A stretch of DNA of 64,000 nt from Candidatus Latescibacterota bacterium (lineage in GTDB: Bacteria > Latescibacterota > UBA2968): positions 3,040,001-3,104,000 of the forward strand of contig OZ241986.1 of assembly GCA_965204375.1 (NCBI GenBank), in the 5' to 3' direction. The notes under the pieces were generated by a model. It did not search any database. It was not told the origin of the DNA and saw only the letters and a program-made list of their open reading frames with translations. Below are positions 9,434 to 17,383 of this stretch, piece after piece. The first letter of the stretch is position 1, and the number at the start of each line of letters is the position of its first letter. Position numbers and translations under genes: made by a program.

Positions 9434-10313
9434 CCAGACATCTGTATTTGAAGCCACATCACTGACCAAAAAATTCGGCGACACCGTAGCTCTCAATTCC
9501 GTAACGCTCTCTCTTGGAGCGCATCGCGTAATTGGATTGATCGGGCGCAATGGCGGGGGCAAAACCACCTTAATCCAGCACATGATCGGCCTGTATTTGC
9601 CCACAGAGGGAACGTGTAAAACACTGGGACGCGCGTGCGATCAGTTGGGCGCAAACGAGCTATCGCGCATAGGCGTGGTCCATCAGGAAAACCGCTTTTT
9701 TGAATGGATGACCGTCAAACAGCATCTGCGCTACGTGTCCTCATTTTACGAGGTATGGGACCGCGACCTGGAATCACACCTGCTGCGAGAACTCGAACTG
9801 GAAACATCCGCACGCGTGGGCAATTTGTCTTCGGGTAACATGCAAAAATTGGGAATCATACTGGCAGTGTGTCATCATCCCGAGCTATTGATCTTAGATG
9901 AGCCAGTCAGTGGCCTGGACCCCATAGCGCGGGAGACATTGTTGAAATTTCTAATGACACTCTTGGCTGAAGACGAAAACACAATCGTAATCTCCTCACA
10001 CATTCTGCGGGACATCGAAAAAATAGTAGATTGGGTCGTATGCCTCGACGAAGGCAGGATCAAAGCCGACAAATCTCTGGACGATCTGCACCAGACCTAC
10101 GCAAAGTGGACAGTCACGGGAAACAACCTGCCCCAGCAATTTTCTGAGCCCTATATCCTGTCGCAAACAGTGAACGGGATACAGGCACAATTGATCGTCA
10201 ATCAGACACTGGGCAATGCAGATCAATTCAAGCGGACTTATCAGGCTGATATCACCAGTCAGTCCCTGAACCTCGACCAGCTATTTCCCATCCTGATTCG
10301 GGAGGGTGCGTAA
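9420..10313 (+). CDS. ABC transporter ATP-binding protein (YtrB-like)
   Basis: Walker A GRNGGGKTT, signature LSSG, Walker B LLILDEP and SSH switch. Confidence 0.92.
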   Translation: MMAHDQTSVFEATSLTKKFGDTVALNSVTLSLGAHRVIGLIGRNGGGKTTLIQHMIGLYLPTEGTCKTLGRACDQLGANELSRIGVVHQENRFFEWMTVKQHLRYVSSFYEVWDRDLESHLLRELELETSARVGNLSSGNMQKLGIILAVCHHPELLILDEPVSGLDPIARETLLKFLMTLLAEDENTIVISSHILRDIEKIVDWVVCLDEGRIKADKSLDDLHQTYAKWTVTGNNLPQQFSEPYILSQTVNGIQAQLIVNQTLGNADQFKRTYQADITSQSLNLDQLFPILIREGA

Positions 10314-11779
10314 TGGGTATCTCTCCATTTTTCACATTTTTGCGAAGCCCTGTTTACATTCTCATCGCATTTTTTGCATATCTGTTGCTCGCTCATGTCT
10401 GGATGTCTTCCCAAGCAGATCGAATCTCTGTATTCGTTTTGTTTTTCTTTCTTAAATTTTGGGGTGGGATAATCGGCAGCATCGTAGGGGAGAACCAGTA
10501 TCGGATGCTCACATGGACCCTGCCACATTTTCGCAAGCGTCTAATGATCTGGTCGATAATTGTCGGGTTGTTTTCCGTTATAGCGTGGACAGTCGCGCTG
10601 ACTTCTGCACCCCTCAATGCGTCCTGGTCAACGATTTTGCTGGTAAATTTGGGCCTCTATTGTATCGGATTTGCCCTTTCAGGAGGTTGGAGTTTTGGTA
10701 TCCAGCACCCCGGATTGGCTTCCAGGTGCCGGAGCCTCATCGTATTCCTGGGACTGGCATTAGCCTATTTGTGGCCAGGAGTGCTCGCTTTTGGAGAGCA
10801 ACAAAAATTGGGATTGGCTCTCATTGCATTCGTTATCGCAATTGGAGCTTATTATTTTGCCTTTAACCAGACAACTTTTCGGAGGAAACCATTTTCTTTA
10901 GTTCTTCCAGTGCGTTTAACCCTTTTTCCTCCAACCCAGGAGCTTTGGAAAAAAAATAGATTGAACAGGCGAAAGGCGAGTACCAGGGTATGGCATCTCG
11001 ATCACATCGGTACAGGCACCTTCAATTGGCTGCGTGCTGGTCAGTATGAAAACAGCGGTGCAGGCAGGGGGAGATGGCCGCTATGGCCGCTGTCCGCGTT
11101 TCCTGCAGTATTGGCAATGGTATTCTTTTTTTTTGGCATGACGACAGAGTTGTTCGGGATGTTGGGTCGATCTCCTTATGATTTTGAGACGCTATCAAAA
11201 ATGATTTATCACATGATTTTTTATTTTGACTCCAAGGTCGACGGGGATATATTCGCTACAGTGTTTTTCGGCATTTGTATGCATCTTTTTATTCCTCCTA
11301 CTTCACTGAAAAGAGGGTATGTCTATCCACTTTCTCGCACCCAGCGGATGTGGATTCGGTATAGCAGTTTGCTGGTGCAAAATATTTCTTTTTTTGTAGC
11401 ATCTATTCTGGTATTGGGCGTTCTGGGCATCCTGGCGGGAGCCAAGATCGGGTTTGTGTCTGAAGGAGAGGTTTCCCTGGGAATACTCTGTGTCCTTGGG
11501 TGGTGGGTCGTTCTTTTTCCAATATTTCAGTGGTTGCAAGTCAAATATGACCTGTATAATTTTCAAAGAACGCGGCAACAGATAGGCGGGATGGTTTTTC
11601 TGATCCTGGTCCTGATTTTGTCTCTTGTATTCACTGGTTTTACCAGTCTGATGCGTATCCGATATCCCGATCTTGTACTGACCTATGAAGTGCCGATCCT
11701 TTTTGTCTGTTTTATTCTCTTGCAATGGTTCTTATTGGCTCGGCTCAAACGGTATTATGCCACACAGGATCTGGTTTAG
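10313..11779 (+). CDS. Polytopic membrane protein, probable ABC permease
   Basis: Two blocks of about six hydrophobic helices; TAATG overlap with the ATPase stop. Confidence 0.7.
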   Translation: MGISPFFTFLRSPVYILIAFFAYLLLAHVWMSSQADRISVFVLFFFLKFWGGIIGSIVGENQYRMLTWTLPHFRKRLMIWSIIVGLFSVIAWTVALTSAPLNASWSTILLVNLGLYCIGFALSGGWSFGIQHPGLASRCRSLIVFLGLALAYLWPGVLAFGEQQKLGLALIAFVIAIGAYYFAFNQTTFRRKPFSLVLPVRLTLFPPTQELWKKNRLNRRKASTRVWHLDHIGTGTFNWLRAGQYENSGAGRGRWPLWPLSAFPAVLAMVFFFFGMTTELFGMLGRSPYDFETLSKMIYHMIFYFDSKVDGDIFATVFFGICMHLFIPPTSLKRGYVYPLSRTQRMWIRYSSLLVQNISFFVASILVLGVLGILAGAKIGFVSEGEVSLGILCVLGWWVVLFPIFQWLQVKYDLYNFQRTRQQIGGMVFLILVLILSLVFTGFTSLMRIRYPDLVLTYEVPILFVCFILLQWFLLARLKRYYATQDLV

Positions 11780-11903
11780 TAACCGTGAGTTTTAAAGTGT
11801 GCGATGCGTTCAACGCAAATTTCGTAGGACAAAAAGCATAATTTTTGTACAATTATGCACATAAGCATTTGTTTTCTCATAGGTTTTTTAATTTTTTATA
11901 CAC

Positions 11904-11990
11904 GGTGATTACTCCCAACGGTAGAGCAGTTGGGCTTCTTGGCGGTCAAGCCACCTGACTTTGTAATCCCAAAGTCAATATGTTTATCGC
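11904..11990 (+). ncRNA. Candidate structured, tRNA-like RNA element (not a canonical tRNA)
   Basis: Closing stem GTGAT/ATCGC encloses hairpins CCCAAC-GGTAGAGCA-GTTGGG, CTTGG-CGG-TCAAG and TGACTTTG-TAATCC-CAAAGTCA. Contains tRNA D-loop-like and Thr anticodon-arm-like words but no T-loop or CCA. Confidence 0.35.
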
Positions 11991-12067
11991 AGCATTGAGA
12001 TCTCTGTCTGCTGTATAGCCACACTTTTTGCACACGTATGTATTTCTATACCTAAAAAATAACGTGT

Positions 12068-15000
12068 ATGTTTGAAAACGGAACGATTCTCGACAAAAAA
12101 TATCAAATCCAGGCGCACCTGGGATCCGGGGGCATGGGCGAAGTCTATCGGGTTTTGGACCTGGAGCAAAGTCAGGAGTGTGCGCTCAAAATTTTGAATA
12201 CCATGGTGGATCAGAAGGCTGTGCATCGCCGCTTTCACAGAGAATTTCAAGTGTTGAACAGATTCCAGCACCCGCGCCTGGTACGCACGTATGCCTGGGG
12301 ATTTGCCGAAGAGCGTCCCTATTTTACAATGGAATATTTGCCCGGAAATACATTAGAAAAAATAATTGCCGATCATGCACGTTTAGGGCAATTCCGGACG
12401 TCTCACTTTTTCGATTTGATACAACAAATTGCTGATGGATTGGCATATATCCACGCGCAGGGTGCGGTGCATCGCGATCTCAAACCGTCCAATATTATGG
12501 TTTTGGAAACAGAAGAGGGGATCGAAACCACGATTCTGGATATGGGACTGGCCAAACTCAGGCATCTGCATAGCGTTTCCATTACGCAGACGGGCACAGC
12601 CATTGGCACGGCAGAATATATGTCGCCAGAGCAGGGTAAGGGACTCTGGGTGGATCACCGGTCGGATATATACTCATTGGGTGTGATTTTATACGAGATG
12701 CTCACGGGTGTACCACCCTTTTCTGGACAAAACCCAATATCTGTTATCATGAAGCATATTCGCGAGTCCCCGCCACCCCTGGATGAAGTCAATATCGCGA
12801 TTCCCGAACAGACGCAACAAATTGTGCTGAAGTTGCTGGCAAAGGAGTCTGTTGATCGCTATCAGTCGGCAGAAGAGGTGGTACGAGCCTTACCATCGAG
12901 ATTTGTACTACCCGATGACATGCAGCGCGATGTGCAAAGAAAAGTCATGCGGCCGCAATTTGTCGGGCGCGAATCCGAAACGAAGATATTGCGCGCCATG
13001 CTGAAGGATGTACAGGCTTGCGAGCAACGCGTGGTTCTGATCTCTGGTGAGTCTGGTGTGGGAAAAACGAGACTAATTGAGGAACTATTGGGCGACGCTT
13101 TGATCCATGACTTTCTGTGTTTGAAAGGCGCAGGCCAGGAAGAGGGCGGACAAATATACGGTGCGTTGATCAATGCTTTTCAAGGAATGACTGATTCGAT
13201 GGAAAGGGTTCCCGATTCTGTAGAATCAGACAAATTTTCTATTATGGAGCACTGGTTGCAGTTATTAAAGCGTCTGCAGCAGAAACAACCCATTGTGTTG
13301 TGTTTGGAAGATATTCAATGGGTGGATGAATTGACCCTGGAATTTTTACAGTATGTATTGCGTGATCCAGAACCGTGCCCGTTCTTATTATGCCTGACTT
13401 GTCGATGGTCTAACCTGGAACCGCTTCCAGAAGAAATTAAAAATTTTATACACAGCAATGCATTTGCCAAGGCGACTCAGATTCGGTTGAAAAATCTGCC
13501 ACAAGAAGCATCGGGATATTTAGCGGCGTCAATGTTGGGTGAACGATCCATACCGTCCGATGCATTGCAAACTCTATTCAGAGAAACGGGTGGGTTGCCC
13601 TTGTTTGTCGTGGAGGCGGTGCGGACACTGGTGAATGCCGACGTGGTTCGACAGAATGTGCCCGGCGATTGGCAGTGGGGAGAATTTCCCGAAACTTTGT
13701 TATCCGATGATATTTCAGAGATTTTGCACAGGCGCATAGCTACCCTTCCTGTGGTGCAACAGCGGGTGCTGGAATACGCCTGTGTTTTTCTAAATGACTT
13801 TTCTTTTGAGTTATTGGCAGCGGTTTGGCGCGGTGATGAATTAGAACTACTGGATATGCTGGACGACCTGATTGCAGAAGGACTTTTAGCACCTTGTGGA
13901 GAAACTGAAGATCAATATCGATTTTCACAGGAATTGTGTCGGCAGGCAATTTACGATCACATGCAAGATGTAAGACGGCGTCTGTTACATCGAGAAATTG
14001 GCAATATTTTGGAAAAGACGAAAGACGCGGAAGAATTGATAGAAGAACTGGCGGATCATTTTGCGGCAGCAAAAGAACGAGATAAGGCTGTGAAATATAC
14101 GCTTCTATCAGGCAAAAAGGCATTGGAAAAACATTCTTATCGCCAGGCATTGATGAGATTTGAGGCTGTACGGGACTGGGTAGCGAATGACGCCTTTGAA
14201 TCACCTGCAGATACTATTGATTTTTTGTGCGATTATGCAGATACGCTGCGTAACTGCGGTCAGCACAATAAAGCATTGGAACTTTTAGAGGAGGCACAGG
14301 CGTTATTGCCCGATGATCGGAAAGATTTGAAAGCGCGTATTTTGAATCGTGAAGGTGTTATTTACAGCTTGCTTCAACACAGGGAAATTGCTGAAGAATA
14401 TATGCTGGAGGCATTGCAGCTTTATCGTGAACTCGGTGATCTTGAGGGTGAAATTCAGACATTGGATAGTTTGGTTTATTTATGCGATGTGTCAGAACGG
14501 CACGAAGAAGCAATAGCGTATATGCGTCAAAAAATAGAGAAACATCATATGCTGGGAGATCCGCAAAACAGAGCTTTTATACAAGGGCGAGAAGGCCAGA
14601 CTGCATTAATGGAATTTCGCTTTGAGACAGCCAAAGAACATCTAAAAGCTGCAGTAAAAACATCTCAAAGACTTGGATTTGAACACTATCGTATTAGGGC
14701 ACTCAATTTACTTCAAAGAGTATATTTTTATCTCGGTGATCTCAATCGAGCAGAAGCCCTTTGCCATGAAGTCATCTGTGAGTGGCAAAAACGAGGCGAT
14801 GTGTATTGGGAAGCAATGAATCTTCTCTGGTTGGGAGAGTTAGCACTGGAACGAGATGATTTTACAGAAGCATTGGAATATGCCGAGATTTCGGTAGAGA
14901 GATTTTTGGAAACACCGCGAAGAGATTATGTCTATCGCGCTTATGCGATTGCGGCAACGGCTGCGGCGAGAATGAGAGATACAGAGACAGCACTGGAATG

Positions 15001-16870
15001 GGCAGAAAAAGCCAGTGAAGGTGTACAGCAAACATCGGGTATGTACACGGGCATATTGCCCCTGGTGCATTGTGGTATTGGTGTTGCTTTGGCTAAAGCA
15101 GGACGGATTGCTGAAGCTGAAGAGGCTTTTGAGCAGGCGATTGAATGCCGAAAAGAATCCAAAGGCGACAACTGGGCGCGTGCGCTACTGATGGCAGGGG
15201 AGTTTTATCTCAATTGCGATGATATGGCAAAAGCACAAGCACATCTCAAAGCGGCAAAACAGGCGTTTGAAGAAATGGAAATGTCTTATTTTCAAGAGAA
15301 AATACAGGTATTATTGAATCAATCAGGGGAATCTTCTCACGACAGTGATACTGCATCCGATTCTGAGATTTCAGTCGATACGTTGTCCGTTGATCGCTTG
15401 CGCTTGCTTTACGATATGAGCCGGGAATTGACAACAGAGCGCGATGTCAAAGTATTATTGGATCGAATTTTGGGTAATTTGTTAGCTGTTTATCCAGCAG
15501 AGCGCGTGCTTGTTGCGATTAAAAATGAGACCCCAAAAGGCTTTGTGGTCGATGCTGTGCGCTACCACAATGTAGAAGCAGATGATGCAGAAGCTCTGAG
15601 TCGGGGTATTATTCGCTGCGTTATTGAGACAAATGAGCCCATTTTGAGCATTGATGCCCAGACAGACGACAGGCTCAATCAATATCAAAGCGTAATAGAC
15701 TATCACATTCGGTCTGTATTGTGCGTGCCCGTATTCCATCTGAATGAAGGTGTGATGGGTGCGCTATATGTGGATCATCGCGGTATAGGCAACGCATTTT
15801 CTCAAGAAGATCAGACATTTTTACAGGCATTTGCAAATCTGGTGGGTGTCGCACTGGTCAATGCGAGAATGTACGAACAATTGGAAGAAAAAGCGCGATA
15901 TTTGCAGCAACAGGTCGAAAAACGATATCAGCTTGACGATCTGGTCGGGCAAAGCGATGCTATGCAGGCGATCTACCGGCTTATAGAACGCGCTGCGAAG
16001 AGTGATATTCCCGTGCTTATTCAAGGTGAAACAGGTACAGGCAAAGAATTAGCTGCGCGCGCCATACACTACAATAGTACACGCAAAGACCAGCCATTTT
16101 TGTCGCAAAATTGTGCTGCTCTTTCACCAGATTTATTGCAGAGTGAGTTGTTTGGGCACAAAAAAGGCGCGTTTACAGGAGCAACTGAAGATCATAAGGG
16201 GATTTTTGAAGCGGCTGATGGCGGTACGGTTTTTCTCGATGAAATCGCCGATGCTCCCCCACCGTTGCAAAGGAGTCTGTTGCGGGTGTTGCAAGAAGGA
16301 GAGGTGCGGCGCGTGGGCGAAACAGTGAATCGCGCAGTGGATATACGCATTATTGCAGCGACCAATCGAGACTTAAAACAGGAAGTTGCAAAAGGCTTTT
16401 TCCGCGAAGATTTGTATTATCGGTTGCACGGGATTCAGATCGATATGCCGCCTTTGCGAGAACATATTGAAGATGTGCCGTTATTGGCCGAACATCTGCT
16501 CACCCGAGCAAAAGAAGATGCAAACAAGTCGGTTGGGGGACTGACAGTGGGTGCAATCAGGGCGCTCACAAGCTATGACTGGCCTGGCAATGTGCGCGAG
16601 TTGGAGAATAAGATTCGGCGTGCGGTTGCATTGGCAGAAGAAGGTGGTGAAATCACGTCCAATTTGTTTTCGGAAGCTGTCGGCTACACGACGTCGGATG
16701 TCCCTGTCGGATACCAGGGACATTTACAAGATCGTGTTCGGGAATATGAGAAATGGTTGATTATGGATGCTCTCGAGAAATACGAGGGCAATATTACGCA
16801 TACGGCTAAAGAATTAGGGATAACGCGCGCTGGATTGCAGAAAAAGATCAATCGTTTGGAGTTGAGATAG
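12068..16870 (+). CDS. Fusion: Hanks Ser/Thr kinase - STAND/AAA_16-like ATPase - TPR - GAF - sigma54 AAA+ activator - Fis HTH
   Basis: Kinase: GSGGMG, ALK, HRDLKPSN, DMG, GTAEYMSPE. ATPase: FVGRE..GESGVGKT, LEDIQW, TGGLPLF. Helical repeats. GAF: RSVLCVP..GALYVD. bEBP: GETGTGKE, ELFGH..GAFTGA, FLDEI, WPGNVREL. HTH: GNITHTAKELG. Confidence 0.93.
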   Translation: MFENGTILDKKYQIQAHLGSGGMGEVYRVLDLEQSQECALKILNTMVDQKAVHRRFHREFQVLNRFQHPRLVRTYAWGFAEERPYFTMEYLPGNTLEKIIADHARLGQFRTSHFFDLIQQIADGLAYIHAQGAVHRDLKPSNIMVLETEEGIETTILDMGLAKLRHLHSVSITQTGTAIGTAEYMSPEQGKGLWVDHRSDIYSLGVILYEMLTGVPPFSGQNPISVIMKHIRESPPPLDEVNIAIPEQTQQIVLKLLAKESVDRYQSAEEVVRALPSRFVLPDDMQRDVQRKVMRPQFVGRESETKILRAMLKDVQACEQRVVLISGESGVGKTRLIEELLGDALIHDFLCLKGAGQEEGGQIYGALINAFQGMTDSMERVPDSVESDKFSIMEHWLQLLKRLQQKQPIVLCLEDIQWVDELTLEFLQYVLRDPEPCPFLLCLTCRWSNLEPLPEEIKNFIHSNAFAKATQIRLKNLPQEASGYLAASMLGERSIPSDALQTLFRETGGLPLFVVEAVRTLVNADVVRQNVPGDWQWGEFPETLLSDDISEILHRRIATLPVVQQRVLEYACVFLNDFSFELLAAVWRGDELELLDMLDDLIAEGLLAPCGETEDQYRFSQELCRQAIYDHMQDVRRRLLHREIGNILEKTKDAEELIEELADHFAAAKERDKAVKYTLLSGKKALEKHSYRQALMRFEAVRDWVANDAFESPADTIDFLCDYADTLRNCGQHNKALELLEEAQALLPDDRKDLKARILNREGVIYSLLQHREIAEEYMLEALQLYRELGDLEGEIQTLDSLVYLCDVSERHEEAIAYMRQKIEKHHMLGDPQNRAFIQGREGQTALMEFRFETAKEHLKAAVKTSQRLGFEHYRIRALNLLQRVYFYLGDLNRAEALCHEVICEWQKRGDVYWEAMNLLWLGELALERDDFTEALEYAEISVERFLETPRRDYVYRAYAIAATAAARMRDTETALEWAEKASEGVQQTSGMYTGILPLVHCGIGVALAKAGRIAEAEEAFEQAIECRKESKGDNWARALLMAGEFYLNCDDMAKAQAHLKAAKQAFEEMEMSYFQEKIQVLLNQSGESSHDSDTASDSEISVDTLSVDRLRLLYDMSRELTTERDVKVLLDRILGNLLAVYPAERVLVAIKNETPKGFVVDAVRYHNVEADDAEALSRGIIRCVIETNEPILSIDAQTDDRLNQYQSVIDYHIRSVLCVPVFHLNEGVMGALYVDHRGIGNAFSQEDQTFLQAFANLVGVALVNARMYEQLEEKARYLQQQVEKRYQLDDLVGQSDAMQAIYRLIERAAKSDIPVLIQGETGTGKELAARAIHYNSTRKDQPFLSQNCAALSPDLLQSELFGHKKGAFTGATEDHKGIFEAADGGTVFLDEIADAPPPLQRSLLRVLQEGEVRRVGETVNRAVDIRIIAATNRDLKQEVAKGFFREDLYYRLHGIQIDMPPLREHIEDVPLLAEHLLTRAKEDANKSVGGLTVGAIRALTSYDWPGNVRELENKIRRAVALAEEGGEITSNLFSEAVGYTTSDVPVGYQGHLQDRVREYEKWLIMDALEKYEGNITHTAKELGITRAGLQKKINRLELR

Positions 16871-16881
16871 ACGTTGAACAG

Positions 16882-17004
16882 GTGCATCCAACTGTATGCA
16901 GCAGTGCATCCAGCTATATGCACTTGTATATCCTTATATAATTCAGATATTTATGTCTATTTTATTTAAAACAGGCGATTACAGGTGCATCCTGCCGTAT
17001 GCAC
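16882..17004. promoter_or_regulatory. Three palindromic candidate enhancer (UAS) sites GTGCATCC-N5-TATGCA
   Basis: GTGCATCCAACTGTATGCA (16882-16900), GTGCATCCAGCTATATGCAC (16904-16923) and GTGCATCCTGCCGTATGCAC (16985-17004), all TGCAT-N8-ATGCA. Confidence 0.75.
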
Positions 17005-17061
17005 TTGCGCCTGAATCTCGCAGATGTAGCACAAACAATTCTTAAATTTTATCTCCTTGTT

Positions 17062-17074
17062 TTTCAATCACTTG
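17062..17074 (+). promoter_or_regulatory. IHF-like binding site
   Basis: TTTCAATCACTTG versus consensus WATCAANNNNTTR (one mismatch), in AT-rich DNA between the UAS sites and the sigma54 promoter. Confidence 0.5.
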
Positions 17075-17112
17075 AGCACATTCAAGTGTTTTTTTTATGA
17101 TAGGGAGATCTT

Positions 17113-17128
17113 TGGCACGGATCTTGCA
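17113..17128 (+). promoter_or_regulatory. Sigma54 (RpoN) -24/-12 promoter
   Basis: TGGCAC-GGATC-TTGCA, an exact match to TGGCAC-N5-TTGCW. Confidence 0.9.
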
Positions 17129-17182
17129 CTATAAAAAGGACAAATCGTTATGGCACAGAATTTTCCATTAAAGGAGGATAAC

Positions 17183-17362
17183 ATGGCAACACGACGCAAG
17201 TTGACTTTGATCAATGGGACGATAGATCAAGAAGGTAGCATCCTTATGTATCAGACTGTGGATAGTTTTGAAATTGGGAGCTGTGAACCTGGTTGGGTAA
17301 CCGTTCCCCCCCTGCCCTTTCCAGATGATGACGATTGGGACGATTTTGAACAGGCTGAGTGA
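17183..17362 (+). CDS. Putative RiPP precursor peptide, 59 aa (MATRRKLTLINGTIDQEGSILMYQTVDSFEIGSCEPGWVTVPPLPFPDDDDWDDFEQAE)
   Basis: RBS AAGGAGG at 17171-17177; first gene after the sigma54 promoter; 21 nt upstream of an RRE-rSAM-SPASM gene. Confidence 0.8.
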   Translation: MATRRKLTLINGTIDQEGSILMYQTVDSFEIGSCEPGWVTVPPLPFPDDDDWDDFEQAE

Positions 17363-17383
17363 TTTACTTTTAGGGAGTGTGCT

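Noticed and set aside
11904-11990. Functional tRNA-Thr
   Set aside because: No T-arm (TTCGA), no 7-bp acceptor stem or CCA, and an insertion after the D-loop word. Kept only as a tRNA-like element.
16882-17004. Repeats as a mini CRISPR array
   Set aside because: Units are only 19-20 nt with gaps of 3 and 61 nt and no cas genes; an enhancer array explains them better.
17151-17166. Second TGGCAC suggesting a tandem sigma54 promoter
   Set aside because: The -12 position reads TTCC, not TTGC.
17150-17182. Longer 70-aa version of the precursor peptide
   Set aside because: The 17183 ATG has a much stronger SD (AAGGAGG), and the SD for 17150 would fall mostly upstream of the predicted sigma54 start site.
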